From contig CM097885.1 in assembly GCA_044892525.1 (NCBI GenBank), forward strand, positions 29,762,001 through 29,826,000: a stretch of 64,000 bases of DNA, given 5' to 3'. A program made the position numbers and the translations under genes. The stretch comes from Schmidtea polychroa (taxonomy: Eukaryota). Below the pieces are notes generated by a model, which was not told the DNA's origin, searched no databases, and worked only from the letters and a program-made list of their open reading frames with translations. Below, piece by piece: positions 48,671 to 64,000 of this stretch (positions within the stretch are counted from its first letter, which is position 1; every line of letters starts with the position of its first letter).

Positions 48671-48839
48671 TGAATATTTAAAGAATAATATTTAGAATTT
48701 AGAAAGTTTTGTCTTGAATATTTTTACAAGTAATTTTGTGAACAGTACCCTTGTGACTTGTTGAGTGTGAGTAGTACATTTGTGTGCAGTACCCTTAGGG
48801 GGACAGAATATTTTGTCGGATAGACTCTGTATATATATG

Positions 48840-48902
<63 letters not shown>

Positions 48903-49186
48903 CTTAGAAAATAATAATATGTAATCAACGATTTAAACAAAATTATATTATTACGTATTCTATAATTAAAACAAAAGAATTATATAATCAATGATTTAAA
49001 CAAATTATATAATCATCGATAATTAAAACAAAATTATTAATTCTAAAAATATTAGACATCGTTCTAAAAGTATGATGTAATCATTCTAAAAATATTAGGC
49101 ATCGTTCTAAAAATATTAGGCATCGTTCTAAAAATAATAGACATCGTTCTAAAAATATTAGGCATCGTTCTAAAAGTATTACGTAA
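48840..49186 (-). repeat. Truncated right terminal inverted repeat
   Basis: Reverse complement of about 37300-37730 (AAT tract, unique spacer, minisatellite). Confidence 0.9.
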
Positions 49187-49334
49187 CATCTCAAAATGCT
49201 CATATCAAATACAAAGATTATTTGCATAGCTCCAAAAAGAGCAATAAAGGAAATATATAAAAATGAGTCAGCCCCAGCAGACCTTCCGAAAAGCATCTTA
49301 GATGCTTACTTCATAAAAGAAAATTGATCTCGGA

Positions 49335-50084
49335 ATGGCAGTAGGCAGTAATGGCTGTGATGAGCACAATTACATCATCCAGGCACTGACTGAGAAATCG
49401 AACAGAATTAAATACAAACACGAACAATGTCACCTGGCTTTCTTGGACTTGGCTGATGCATTCGGAAGCATCCCATTTTCTGTCATTTGGCATACAATGA
49501 GCATAATGGGACTCGATAAAACAACTATCGACCTATTAAAAGAATTGTATAAAGATAATGTCACAAGATACAAAAGTGGAAAAACTGAATCGGAAAGGAT
49601 AAACATTGTAAAAGGCGTGAAACAGGGTTGCCCACTATCAATGACCCTATTCAGCCTATGCATTCAATTCATTCTAAAAGAGATCATCAATATGAATAAA
49701 GGAGCAACAATGGCAGCACAAGATATTAACATCCTTGCCTATGCAGACGACTTAGTAATTGTGGCCGATTCTGCTAAAAACCTACAAATTCTACTAGGAA
49801 GAATTGAAGATCTAGCAAATAAAGCATGCCTAAAGTTCAAACCGGCAAAATGCGGATACTACAGAGATCCAAAAGACAATACATCACGAGTTATGATCTA
49901 TAAAGAACAAATCAGATTAGTAAGTGAGGAAAACATATACACCTATCTTGGAGTCAGAATAGGTGATAAAAAGAAAAAGAACCTAAATAAGCTTTTCGAA
50001 AAGGTTAAAGATCATACTAAATCGATTTTCACTTCAAAACTCAGAAATGACCAAAAACTGGGGGCTTATAACACCTTTGGCTAA
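49335..50084 (+). pseudogene. Copy of subfamily E RT fragment
   Basis: Translation identical to 22881-23630. Confidence 0.9.
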
Positions 50085-50849
50085 TCAAAATTTGTATATA
50101 TACTACAAGGAGAAGATATCTCAAAAATAAATATTGAAAAATACGATAATGATATAAAAGCCATAATAAAAAAGCACGTGCTAGATCTCCAAGATAACAG
50201 CCCATTCACAGACTCAGTGATTTACTCACCACGAGAAAAGGGAGGCTTAGGAATCACAAAAGTGTTCGATGAGCAGATAATCCAAACAATAAATAGAGCT
50301 CTGAAACTCCTAACAAGTAACCACAAACTGATCCAAGAAAAGATTGAAGATTTGGAAAATGCATTGAAATGGTTGGATGGATCAATAAAATACAAGAAAA
50401 ACACAAACGCCAAGACAACGTGGATAACACGAGTAAGAGAAAAATTTTTTAGACGACCATCTGAAATAGTCCAAAAAATTAGACTAAGTATTTTGGCTAG
50501 TGTACAAATGCTACTGCAAAAACATTTTCAAAAAATGTGGTAATGAAGAGATTTTGACAATTGGAGGAGATGAAATTCAGATTGCAGATCTTACAAAGTC
50601 AGAAATCAGCCAAAACAAACCAGATAATCAGAATACTTCAACAATTTCTGAATTAAAGAATGAGAATCGTCAATTACGTTTGGAAATGAAAAACATGAAG
50701 AAAATGATGGAACAAATGATAAAATCAATTGAAACTTTAGAACAAATTATCAAAGACTCTGCCAAAATTTCTACAGAAAATAGAAAAACACAACCAAATT
50801 CAGATCAGATTGTGAAAATTCGAGAAAAAGAGCATTATTTAAACAAAGT

Positions 50850-53800
50850 GTGTGTTACACATTAATTGTATACAAGATTGTAGATGCAGTCATTGAGGAA
50901 CCAGTCCAAGATACTGTGGACCTGCCAATACCAATAGAGCCCACAGTTGTCGAAGAACCACAGATAACCACAAACAACGAAAATATAGAAATTAGTGAAA
51001 CAGATAGAGATTTGGTAGAGAAACACACAACACCTGCACCAACATCAGTCAGCAAATCAAAACAACAACCAAAAAATATCCGGTCCAAGAGCATAAAGAA
51101 AAGAAGACAAGTGGATGACACCGAATACCAAGAAAACACAAAGGATAACAAAAAAATACGTACCGGTGGAGGACCGTCAACGGCAAATACTCCACTGACC
51201 AATCTTATTATACCAAATATGAAAATCAACGATGAACTAAAAATCCAATGCAATTGCAAAAAAAATAGATACTCGTACTCAACAGATACCAATGCCACCA
51301 AACACTTCAAAGAGTTACATCCACAATCCGGAGATCCAATAATAGAGTGCGGAATATGCAAAGCCATCATCACTATCAATGAAGCAATAGAACATATAGC
51401 AGTCCATAGAGAGAACAATACAAAAGAAAGGAACATACAGCAGCCCGCAATCAAACCAACAGAGGAGGACATCCCTACGGAGACCAGCTGACTATCACAG
51501 ACAGCGATAGAATATTACATAAAATTTCTATCGCTCAGTATACCTACTCCAAACACCGTGGCCTATATCAAACCAACATGTGCCACGGACCTGATAGAGA
51601 ATAATAAGGCTGGTCTCTACAGTAACATCCATTTGGATACAATCGTGGGCTCTGATAGGGTCGTATGGCTGATCCATTGGAAACTCTGTCACTGGTCAAT
51701 ATACCTAGCGGACAAAGAAAATAGGGAGTCGGTAATTCTTGATACTGATGACCAAATATCCGAATCAGAGAAAAGTACAATAAAGGCCAAAATGGATGAA
51801 ATACTAAGGATGACTACACAGGATCAAGCCCCATTCAACAGAATATCAATTGACGAATACCCCAAACAAGATAACGATTATGATTGTGGAGTGTTCGTTC
51901 TTCAATATATAATGGACTTCTTAGAAAATCCAGAGAGACCCTTATTCAATATGCCTGATTCAGATAAAATAAGAACACAAATTACAACGAGCATACTAGA
52001 AGATATCAAAAAATACAAAAAATGCAACAATGAAACAAAGAATGAAGACATAGAAGACGCCATAAATCAATTTAGACTACACCAATTATCAATAAATGAC
52101 ATACTTAATTGGTTCAAGAACAGATTCCTAAAAGATCAAAAGCCGAGAAGAGCATGCAGAAGCGAAAATAAAAAACCCAAGCTATGCTCATACCAAATAC
52201 AGAGATTATATACAATAAACTCGGGCAAAGCAATAATACAAATTCACAATGAAACATGCAAAGTTATTGACCTAACATCAACGGCAATGGACCTGCATTT
52301 TATAAGAACAAAGCCTCCAAAGATACAAAATATGATTAATATTACGGATAAAAGACCAGAATGGGAATCATCAAAGCCATTTACAGAGAAAGATGTATCC
52401 ATTGGAATAAAAAACAGCAAAGATGCAGCACCAGGAGAGGATGGAATTCCAATAAGAGCATGGAAAGAATGGATGCCTGAAGACCCATTAACTCCAATAT
52501 TCAACAAAATAATAGAATCCAAAAACATCCCAGATTCATGGAAAACTTATGTTACAAAGTTAATTAAAAAACTAGGCAAAAGTAACCAAGCACACAATCC
52601 GGCAAATTGGAGACCAATAGCATTAATGCCCACAAGTTATAGAATTTTTATGAAAATCCTTAACAAAAGAATTCTCCAATGGATCCACGAACACAGGTTA
52701 ATTTCGAAATGGCAAAAGGCAGTGAATATATCCAATGGGTGTGATGAACATAATTACATCATCACTGTTCAAAAAGAAAAGCCCAACAGAAAAAGATACA
52801 AAGGATGTGAATGCCACCTAGTGTTCTTGGATCTTGCGGATGCCTTCGGCAGCATTCCACACGAAGTGATCTGGCATACTTTAGAACAGAAAGGCCTAAA
52901 TAAAAACACCATAAGCCTATTGCAAGAATGCTATAAAGACTGTCACACTATATATCAAAGTGGTGACACCAGATCAAGCCAAATCAAACAAGTAAAAGGT
53001 GTTAGACAAGGATGCCCACTATCAATGACCATCTTCAGCCTCTGTATTGAATATCTAATACAAGCTGCAATAAATAGTGGGAAAGGAGTCGAGATAGCTG
53101 GAGAGAAAATAAGCATTTTAGCATATGCGGACGATCTCGTTCTTATGGCACCACAACACTATCAAATCCAAGAAATGCTCAACATATTAGTGGAACAAGC
53201 AAAGATGGCTCACCTTATATTTAAACCCGAAAAGTGTGGTTACTACCTAAATAAAAAAGATGCTATTGGATGGGAAAACAACATCTTTCTCGACGGAACA
53301 AAGATCAAACATATAAATGAGGAAAATCTTTACACTTACCTTGGTGTCACAGTTGGTAGCACAAAGAAAAACGATCTAAATCAAATTTTCAAAGAAGTTG
53401 AAGACAAAGCAATCAGCATTTTCAGATCTTCGTTGAGGGCTCACCAGAAAATCGAGGCATATAACATCTTTTGCCATTCAAAATTCATATTCATCTTGCA
53501 AGCCGAAGAAATAGCTAAAAGCGAAGCTGGAAAATTTGATGACAAAATTAGAATGCTAATAAAGGATAAAGAGGTGCTTGACCTACAACATAAAAGCCCT
53601 CTAATGGACGCAATTTTTTACTCCCCGACCGAAAAAGGAGGCATTGGTATTACAAAGATAGTAGACGAACAGATCATACAAACAATTTCTCGTTTCCTAA
53701 AGTTGATAAACAGCAGTCATTCGGCAATAGTAAACATATTAACGGAAGAATTAATAGATGTAGCCGAAACAAGAACCGATTCCCCCATCAACTCATTGTC

Positions 53801-54095
53801 AGATTCGTTAAAATGGTTAGATGAAACATATGCCCATAAAAGAACAAATTCGGCAAAAAAATCATGGTTAGATAGAGTAAAGAATGCAATAACTCAATTA
53901 TACAACGATCATGATATCAAATTGACTTTCCTATCACGAAATATTGGCACTGGATGTAACATCAAATCCTACAATCAAGAAAAACCTGAGGAAGTCTTTC
54001 CTCCATTCTTAGACGAAGCCTCAAAAAAGCTACACAAAATGATCAGAGAAGGCCTATATCAAACCAACATGTGCCACGGACCTGATAGAGAATAA
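50850..54095 (+). pseudogene. Copy 3 of subfamily A ZF-Ulp1-RT ORF
   Basis: One visible amino-acid change (NII to NIL) relative to 1306-4551. Confidence 0.93.
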
Positions 54096-57000
54096 TAAGG
54101 CTGGTCTCTACAGAAACATCCATTTGGATACAATCGTGGGCTCTGATAGGGTCGTATGGCTGATCCATTGGAAACTCTGTCACTGGTCAATATACCTAGC
54201 GGACAAAGAAAATAGGGAGTCGGTAATTCTTGATCCTGATGACCAAATATCCGAATCAGAGAAAAGTACAATAAAGGCCAAAATGGATGAAATACTAAGG
54301 ATGACTACACAGGATCAAGCCCCATTCAACAGAATATCAATTGACGAATACCCCAAACAAGATAACGATTAAGAAGTTTTTGCAAATGAGTAGTCAAACA
54401 AAAATTTGGAAGAAATGAAAGCTTGGGCCGCCACAACCAGTTATCCCTGTGGTAAACACACAAATTCAACAATCGAAGAGGATGAAAACATCGCAAAGGA
54501 ATCAGAAATACAGAAAATTCACGAAAAAACCAATAAATTAGAGTCTGGAATACTGATGATGATGAAATGGATACAAACTCTAACCAATGAAATAAAAACT
54601 CTATCGGAAAAATTGGACAAATCGCAAAATGGGAATGAATCAGACGGAGGAATTCAAAGGAAAAGCTATGCCAAAATTGCCAAAAAATCAAATACAAATT
54701 TAAATCTCAAAGAAAATAACAAAAATTTAAATTTTACGAATTATAAAAATTCAGAAAATCCAGAAAATCCAGATAATAATTTAACTTTCAAAGAAAATAA
54801 TGAAAATTTAAATTCTACGAATTATAAAAATCCAGAAAACCCAGAAAATTCTGATAATAATTTAATTTTCAAAGAAAATAATGAAAATTTAAATTCTACG
54901 AATTATAAAAATTCAGAAAATCCAGAAAATTTAAAAGATTTTAAAAATTTAAAAAATGGAAAATCAATTAAAAATTTTAAAACTCAGTATACCTACTCCA
55001 AACACCGTGGCCTATATCAAACCAACATGCGCCACGGACTTAATAGAAAATAATAAGGCTGGTCTCTACAGAAACATCCATATGGATACAATCGTGGGCT
55101 CTGATAGGGTCGTATGGCTGATCCATTGGAATCTCTGTCACTGGTCAATATACCTAGCGGATAAAGAAAATAGGGAGTCGGTAATCCTTGATCCTGATGA
55201 CCAATTATCCGAATCAGAAAAAAACACAATAAAAGCCAAAATGGACGAAATTCTAAGAATGACCACACAAGAATAACAATTGACGAATACCCCAAACTAT
55301 GACTGTGGGGTGTTCGTACTCCAATACATATCCGACTTCCTATCCAGTGACAGAGGGATCAGATTTACGACCCCAAACTCAATGGAAATCAGAGAGCAAA
55401 TTAAAAATATCTTAATGGAAAATATAGACAAATATGATAGCCTAGCCTCAATCAAGAAAAATGAGGCTATTGAGGCTATCATAACCAGCTTCCGCCTACA
55501 CAAGACAAACATCGACCAATTCCTCAAATGGTTCACTGATTTATTCAATAAAGATCGAAAGCCACAAAGGAATCATAGAGATAAAACATATACAATTACC
55601 AAATGCTCCTACCAGATACAGAGAATATTCACAGTGGCACCTGGTAGGGCTATCAAAGAGATAGACAGAATCCTGGAACCGGCTACCGATTTAACATCAG
55701 CGGTGATAGACACATACTTCGAAAGACCCACTCCTCCAAAAATGAGAGAAAAACCAGCACCCATTAAAAGTGCTCCGGAGTGGGAAACAAATAAACCAAT
55801 AACCAGGGCAGACATCGATGAAGCAATAATAAACAGCAAAGATGCTGCACCTGGTATGGACCAAATCCCACTTCGACAATGGAGGGAGTGGATGGCATTT
55901 GATGCGCTAACACCAATCTTCAACAAAATCCTGGAGACGCATCAAATTCCCGAAGTATGGAGAAAATATTTATTTGAATTAAAGAATGAGAATCGTCAAT
56001 TAAGTTTGGAAATGAAAAACATGAAGAAAATGATGGAACAAAAGATAAAATCAATTGAAACTTTAGAACAAATTATCAAAGACTCTGCCAAAATTTCTAC
56101 AGAAAATAGAAAAACACAACCAAATTCAGATGAGATTGTGAAAATTCGAGAAAAAGAGCATTATTTAAACAAAGTGTGTGTTACACATTAATTGTATACA
56201 AGATTGTTATCACAAGATTGCTTGTTTTTATTAATAAATTTTTGACTCTGACACCTCATGCTGGTGTTCCTCATCTGGGAAAAGTTTGCTGACTTATCTA
56301 AGATTTTTTAATTTTTAATTGAGCTTAATTCTGAATTTATTTCTTTTTGTAATTTTTCTATTGGTTTAAAAATATTTTAAATTGATTTTAAATTTTTTAA
56401 ATGATTTTTATTATTACTTTTAAAATTTCTTGGATTAATTTTATTATTTTTTGTATTTTTAATATTTAAATTTAAATCATGGGTATTTCCTTGAAAGTTT
56501 TTAAATTTTCTTGGATATTTATTTGAAAATTTAATTTCATGTTTAAATTTTTATTGTTTTCTTGAAATATTTTATTATTCTTTGAAATTAATTTTTCTTG
56601 TATTTTCTTGTATATATAATAAAATTCATGTTTTTATCCAAATTTAACATTATTTCCAAGCTTTTTTCTTGATAAATAAATTTGTCTTGGATATTTTCTT
56701 GAAGATTTGACATATTGTGTATCACTTTTATTATTTCCATCTGTAATTTTCAAATTGAAGTTTTGTTTTTAGTATTTTTTATCTGGGAAAGGTTTAAAAA
56801 AATATCGAAAATATTAAAACAATACCATTTAATATTTATAATTTTATTGAAAATTTAGATCAAGATGATATTAAAAAAACTAGAATGTAAAAATTATATT
56901 TATAGAAAATTTATCTAAAAATTTATATAAGAATTTTGATAAAAAATAAATGATTAAACTACAAATGCTTAAAAATTATATATAACATTAAAAATATATC

Positions 57001-60000
57001 TAAACATTTAAACTTTAAAGAAATATATATTAAAATATAATTTTAAAGATAAAAAATCTTTAAATTTAAAAGAAATATGTTACCAAAGAATATGGAACTA
57101 TCAACAGAAAATAATAAAAACTCTGAATGATAATTGAATAATAATTTTTAAAATGTTACTTATTCAATTAAAAACAAAAAACGAATCCAGATAATATTCA
57201 GGAAAGCAATAACAATGCCAAAAAACCAAGATCCAATAATGAAAAACGCAGCAACTCTGCCCAAAAAAATGAAATCAAAAATTCAGAGACTCCCATAAAA
57301 CCATTAAACTTTGACAATAATGTCAAATCTAATGATATAAATATATTTCTATTCCATGAAAATACCAGATTATCAAAAACATATATAGAAATAGAATATT
57401 ATAAGAAGAAATTTGTAAAAATCTGTCAAAAATGATAAAAAATAGTGAATGTTATAAAAACGATAAATTTGTCGTTTAAATTATCGTTTTTATTGCAGTT
57501 TTAATTTTTAATGTTTTGAGTATGATTTAATTATTTCAAGATTCATTAATAATAAAAATCAAGATTAAATTAATTTTTGAAATATTAAATTTATCACAGA
57601 AAATATCTCAAAGTTAGAGGATATGGGTCTTTTATTAGAAATAAAATATAAAAATATCTATTGAATAAAATAAGCATTTTTAGAAATAAAAATGTAAACA
57701 ATTTTAAAAATTCAATATTTATTTGAAATTTGGAAGTTCAAATATTAAATTAAAAAAAATCTTTTTTGGCAGAATAGGTTTATTTAATTATAGTTGAATT
57801 ATTTGTATTTTTTTAAAGTTAAAAATGTAAGTGTGTAAAATATTATTGATATAAATAAAAAAAATATCATAAGAAAATTTAAATGATAAAAATTAATTTA
57901 TTATTAAAAATAATTGAAAATATACAAAAAACAAATCAAATTTAAAAATATCAATAAAAATATTTAGAAATAAAAGTTAAAACAATTTTTAAAATTTAAT
58001 ATTTTTTTTTAAAAATGGAAGGTCAAATATCGAATTTAAAAATATTTTAATCCAAATTTAAAAGAAACATTTAATTATAATAATAATATTGAAATTTTAG
58101 ATCAAGTTGATATTAAAAAATTAGAATGTTACAATTATATTTATGAAAAATATATCTAAAATATCAAACTTTAAAGAAAATTATATCAGAATATGATTTT
58201 AAAGATAAAAAATATATTAAAAGTTCAAAAATATTTTTACAAAAAATATTGAAGTACCAACAGATTTATAATAACTCTAACAGTTATATAAATAGTTTTT
58301 TTAAATTTAACTAATTCAATGAAAAAGAATTTTAAAACAATGAAAAATTCGAAATTCAGAACAATTCAGAACCTCGTCCAAATGAAATTGGAAAAAGCCC
58401 TAAATAACTTTCCACCAGCATCCAAGATGAAAAACAACGATAACTAAATGCCAATTAATAGTAAAATAAATAATTTACAGTTTAATCAATAACTTATATA
58501 TAATTAAAAATTAAAAAAATTAAATCATTAAATTATATTATATTTCTCATTATTCTTGAATGAAGAGTTTGAACTTTTTGAATTCTATGATTGTTGAGTT
58601 CTCAATTTCAAAATTAGAGTATATGGGTCTTTTATTAGAAAGTTAATTTATTATTAAAAATAATTTAAAATATACAAAAAACAAATAAAATATAAAAATA
58701 TCTATTGAAGAAGATATGAAAATATTTGGAAATAAAAATATATACAATTTTCAAAAATTTATTATTTATTTAAAAAGTTCAAATATTGAATAGAAAAATA
58801 TTTTATTCAAAATTCTAAAAAAATATCGAAAATATTAAAAAACCATTTAATTTTTATATAATTATTGAAAATTTAGATCAAGTTGATATTTAAAAAATTA
58901 GAATGTAAAAATTATATTTATAGAAAATATATCTAAAAAGAATTTTAAATCAATGAAAAATCAAAATTCAGAACAATTCAGAACCTCGTCCAAATAAAAT
59001 TGGAAAAACCCCTTATAACCTTCCACCAGTATCCAAGATAAAGTACAACAAAAACGAAATGCCAAATTATAGTAAAATAATCAATTAACAGTTTAATATA
59101 TATATATATATATTTCATTTCTTATTCCTTGTGATCTCCAATGCTTCGAATTGAAACAGTTTTTCTCGTATGTCTTGTGATGACATTTAGATAAAAACTT
59201 TCGTTTCTTGGAATCTGGATGTTAGTGGGCTGATAATATCTGGTTGGTAATTGGTTGTTATTATCTAGTTATTATCTAGTTATATTCGATAACTAACAGC
59301 TTCTACAAAATCCAAAGAATCTACTAGGTCATCCTGGAAGACTAATCCGAGAAATTGATAACGTGTTTAGTCTTTTATCAAAAGGTGAATGCATTTAAAA
59401 TTAGGACAGGATATGTTATCAGATTACACAAAAATCCATCATAATTTAATATCAAATAAAATAAGTAGATTATTTAACAAAATTAAATTATTTTTAGATA
59501 AAGAAATACCAATCGAAACAAGAAGAAAATATGTCGTTTGTATTATGTTTTGAGTATGATTTAATTATTGGAGATTCAATAATAATAAAAATTAAGATTG
59601 AATTAATTGTTGAAATATTAAATTTATCACAGAAAATATCTCGATGTTAGAGGATATGGGTCTTTTATTAGAAAGTTAATTTATTAATAAAAATAATTTA
59701 AAATATACAAAAAACAAATAAAATATAAAAATATCTATTGCCTAAGATAAATATCTCAAAATTAGAGTATATGGGTCTTTTATTAGAAAGTTAATTTATT
59801 ATTAAAAATAATTTAAAATATACAAAAATTAAATAAAATATAAAAATATCTTTTGGCTAAGATAAACATTTTTAGAAATTAAAATGTAAACAATAATTAT
59901 TTAAAATTGAAAGTTCAAATATTGAATTAAAAAAATTTTTTTGGCAGAATGGGTTTATTTAATTATAGTTGAATTATTTGTATTTTTTTAAAGTTAAAAA

Positions 60001-63000
60001 TGAAAGTGTGTATGTAAGTCATAAATATCATAAGAAAATTTAAATGATAAAAATTAATTTATTATTAAAAATAATTGAAAATATACAAAAAACAAATCAA
60101 ATTTAAAAATATCAATAAAAATATTTAGAAATAAAAGTTAAAACAATTTTTAAAATTTAATATTTTTTTTTAAAAATGGAAGGTCAAATATCGAATTTAA
60201 AAATATTTTAATCCAAATTTAAAAAAAACATTTAATTATAATAATAATATTGAAATTTTAGATCAAGATGATAATAAACAATTAGAATGTTACAATTATA
60301 TTTATGAAAAATATATATAAAATATCAAACTTTAAAGAAAATTATATCAGAATATGATTTTAAAGATAAAAAATATATTAAAATTTCAAATATATTTTAA
60401 CAAAAAATATTGAAGTACCAACAGATTTATAATAACTCTAACAGTTATATAAATACATTTTTTTAGTTTAACTAATTCAATGAAAAAGAATTTTAAAACA
60501 ATGAAAAATTCGAAATTCAGAACAATTCAGAACCTCGTCCAAATGAAATTGGAAAAAGCCCTAAATAACTTTCCACCAGCATCCAAGATGAAAAACAACG
60601 ATAACTAAATGCCAATTAATAGTAAAATAAATAATTTACAGTTTAATCAATAACTTATATATAATTAAAAATTAAAAAAATTAAATCATTAAATTATATT
60701 ATATTTCTCATTATTCTTGAATGAAGAGTTTGAACTTTTTGAATTCTATGATTGTTGAGTTCTCAATTTCAAAATTAGAGTATATGGGTCTTTTATTAGA
60801 AAGTTAATTTATTATTAAAAATAATTTAAAATATACAAAAAACAAATAAAATATAAAAATATCTATTGAAGAAGATATGAAAATATTTGGAAATAAAAAT
60901 ATATACAATTTTCAAAAATTTATTATTTATTTAAAAAGTTCAAATATTGAATAGAAAAATATTTTATTCAAAATTCTAAAAAAATATCGAAAATATTAAA
61001 AAACCATTTAATTTTTATATAATTATTGAAAATTTAGATCAAGTTGATATTTAAAAAATTAGAATGTAAAAATTATATTTATAGAAAATATATCTAAAAA
61101 AAATTTTAAATCAATGAAAAATCAAAATTCAGAACAATTCAGAACCTCGTCCAAATAAAATTGGAAAAACCCCTTATAACCTTCCACCAGTATCCAAGAT
61201 AAAGTACAACAAAAACGAAATGCCAAATTATAGTAAAATAATCAATTAACAGTTTAATATATATATATATATATATATATATTTCATTTCTTATTCCTTG
61301 TGATCTCCAATGCTTCGAATTGAAACAGTTTTTCTCGTATGTCTTGTGATGACATTTAGATAAAAACTTTCGTTTCTTGGAATCTGGATGTTAGTGGGCT
61401 GATAATATCTGGTTGGTAATTGGTTGTTATTATCTAGTTATTATCTAGTTATATTCGATAACTAACAGCTTCTACAAAATCGAAAGAATCTACTAGGTCA
61501 TCCTGGAAGACTAATCCGAGAAATTGATAACGTGTTTAGTCTTTTATCAAAAGGTGAATGCATTTAAAATTAGGACAGGATATGTTATCAGATTACACAA
61601 AAATCCATCATAATTTAATATCAAATAAAATAAGTAGATTATTTAACAAAATTAAATTATTTTTAGATAAAGAAATACCAATCGAAACAAGAAGAAAATA
61701 TGTCGTTTGTATTATGTTTTGAGTATGATTTAATTATTGGAGATTCAATAATAATAAAAATTAAGATTGAATTAATTGTTGAAATATTAAATTTATCACA
61801 GAAAATATCTCGATGTTAGAGGATATGGGTCTTTTATTAGAAAGTTAATTTATTAATAAAAATAATTTAAAATATACAAAAAACAAATAAAATATAAAAA
61901 TATCTATTGCCTAAGATAAATATCTCAAAATTAGAGTATATGGGTCTTTTATTAGAAAGTTAATTTATTATTAAAAATAATTTAAAATATACAAAAATTA
62001 AATAAAATATAAAAATATCTTTTGGCTAAGATAAACATTTTTAGAAATTAAAATGTAAACAATAATTATTTAAAATTGAAAGTTCAAATATTGAATTAAA
62101 AAAAATTTTTTTGGCAGAATGGGTTTATTTAATTATAGTTGAATTATTTGTATTTTTTTAAAGTTAAAAATGAAAGTGTGTATGTAAGTCATAAATATCA
62201 TAAGAAAATTTAAATGATAAAAATTAATTTATTATTAAAAATAATTGAAAATATACAAAAAACAAATCAAATTTAAAAATATCAATAAAAATATTTAGAA
62301 ATAAAAGTTAAAACAATTTTTAAAATTTAATATTTTTTTTTAAAAATGGAAGGTCAAATATCGAATTTAAAAATATTTTAATCCAAATTTAAAAAAAACA
62401 TTTAATTATAATAATAATATTGAAATTTTAGATCAAGATGATAATAAACAATTAGAATGTTACAATTATATTTATGAAAAATATATATAAAATATCAAAC
62501 TTTAAAGAAAATTATATCAGAATATGATTTTAAAGATAAAAAATATATTAAAATTTCAAATATATTTTAACAAAAAATATTGAAGTACCAACAGATTTAT
62601 AATAACTCTAACAGTTATATAAATACATTTTTTTAGTTTAACTAATTCAATGAAAAAGAATTTTAAAACAATGAAAAATTCGAAATTCAGAACAATTCAG
62701 AACCTCGTCCAAATGAAATTGGAAAAAGCCCTAAATAACTTTCCACCAGCATCCAAGATGAAAAACAACTGACTATTTCCCTTTAAAATTTTACCAATAA
62801 GAACATTGTCGATTTAAATAGAGATTTCAAACATTTCCACCTTAACCGATCCCTCACCAAATATTTCTATCATTTTAAACACCTTAAAAATCGTATATTA
62901 CCATCTTAACCAACCGACTTTAATATATCAGACCTTTAATATATCAATTCTCTTAAAATCCATAGAAAATTCTTCAAAATATGAATTTTATTTATTTGTT

Positions 63001-63258
63001 ACAGACATCCGTCCATTGAAATAATTTAGTATCTAAATTCATGTAGTAAGAGCCCATTAAAAAAATCAAAATTCACTAAAATCAATATTTTCTACAAATA
63101 TTTCACCACATTTACCATCAAATACCTAACTAGAAATGAAATATATTGATTGATCATAATTCTTCATCGATTCAGCTAATTATATAGCAATTATAACGTG
63201 ATATATCTTTCAAAATCACAAATTTCAGTATATTTTACAATAATTTTTACAAAAATTA

Positions 63259-63295
<37 letters not shown>

Positions 63296-63328
63296 TAATA
63301 ATAATAATATTAATAATATTAATAATAA

Positions 63329-63398
<70 letters not shown>

Positions 63399-63428
63399 AA
63401 CAACAACAAAGGATACAAAATACATTTA

Positions 63429-63812
63429 TTAATCATCAAATTTTTTATACAACAACCAAGCTAAACAATGTTGACCGCATGTTTGTGTCAAGGGATTTTG
63501 AAACATTGTTTTATTATATACAATAGGTTTCCCCATTGTTTGTAGTTTTGATACCAACAAAGCAGGGTAATAGAAACCCATAGGATCGAACACGAATATA
63601 TTACTAGGTTTCACATATATAGCAATCCAATGTTCTCCACCAAGATGAGACGATTGAGTATTGACGATTATGGCTTGATTATTGCTCAAATATGGGATTT
63701 TATCGAGAGGAAAAACTCCTACAAATTCATTTCCCAATATCTGTTTTCCAATTCTATTGACCTGAACAGAACTACTTTAATAAATTAAACAGTATTGAAA
63801 AACTTACTCCAT
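63429..63812 (-). CDS. Polinton cysteine protease, copy 2
   Basis: Translation identical to 41875-42183, same putative intron. Confidence 0.88.
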
Positions 63813-63840
63813 GACAACTTTTTGGTGTTTCTGTATACAT

Positions 63841-64000
63841 TTATACTAGCACGGTTCTATTTGCAGTAATTTGAACTTCATTTTCAAATACTCCATATAT
63901 TATAACATGTACTGGTTCAGTAATGGCCTTTGCAAACTTTATATCCAGTCGTAAATTCCCGTTTTGTGGTAATTGACTCTGATTTAAATCAAAATCGGGA
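63841..64000 (-). CDS. Polinton major capsid protein C-terminus, copy 2 (partial, runs off the window)
   Basis: Matches 42287-42446. Confidence 0.88.
   Translation of the reverse strand, partial: PDFDLNQSQLPQNGNLRLDIKFAKAITEPVHVIIYGVFENEVQITANRTVLV

Larger units (their letters stand above)
36414..49186. mobile_element. Polinton/Maverick endogenous virus-like transposon; no visible pPolB; right end truncated
   Basis: AGTAGTAG terminus exactly at the breakpoint; inverted terminal regions; protease, capsid, integrase and ATPase genes. Confidence 0.95.
49185..62769 (+). repeat. Segmental duplication copy 3 (starts at the equivalent of 22731; corresponds to 1-~13230 at offset ~49544)
   Basis: Near-identical ORFs and about 2.3 units of the AT-rich repeat. 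Confidence 0.95.
62768..64000. mobile_element. Second Polinton copy, left-truncated (equivalent to 41220 onward)
   Basis: Matches the first copy apart from AAT tract length. Confidence 0.93.

Overview
AT-rich eukaryotic repeat DNA, probably from a planarian or similar invertebrate (inferred from the element families and base composition, not proven). No ordinary host gene is visible. There are three components. (1) A nested, same-strand pile of at least four diverged subfamilies of NeSL/R5-type non-LTR retrotransposons (C2H2 fingers, Ulp1-like Cys protease, RT, CCHC and restriction-like endonuclease), all damaged. Their 5' and 3' junctions repeatedly map to one site in the antisense strand of 28S rDNA (sense GAGGTGTCAGAAAAG^TTACCACAGGGATAAC), and the ORF seems to start at an ATG supplied by that antisense rRNA sequence. 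(2) An AT-rich ~2.17-kb tandem repeat and a decayed 28S 3' fragment. (3) A Polinton/Maverick (36414-49186, AGTAGT terminus) inserted into one retrotransposon copy. It carries protease, major and minor capsid, chromodomain integrase and packaging ATPase genes, has no visible pPolB, contains three candidate 33-46-nt introns, and has an unexpected intact TATA-binding-protein-like gene. The retrotransposon/repeat block occurs three times in near-identical copies (offsets 23,090 and 49,544), and a second partial Polinton copy ends the window.
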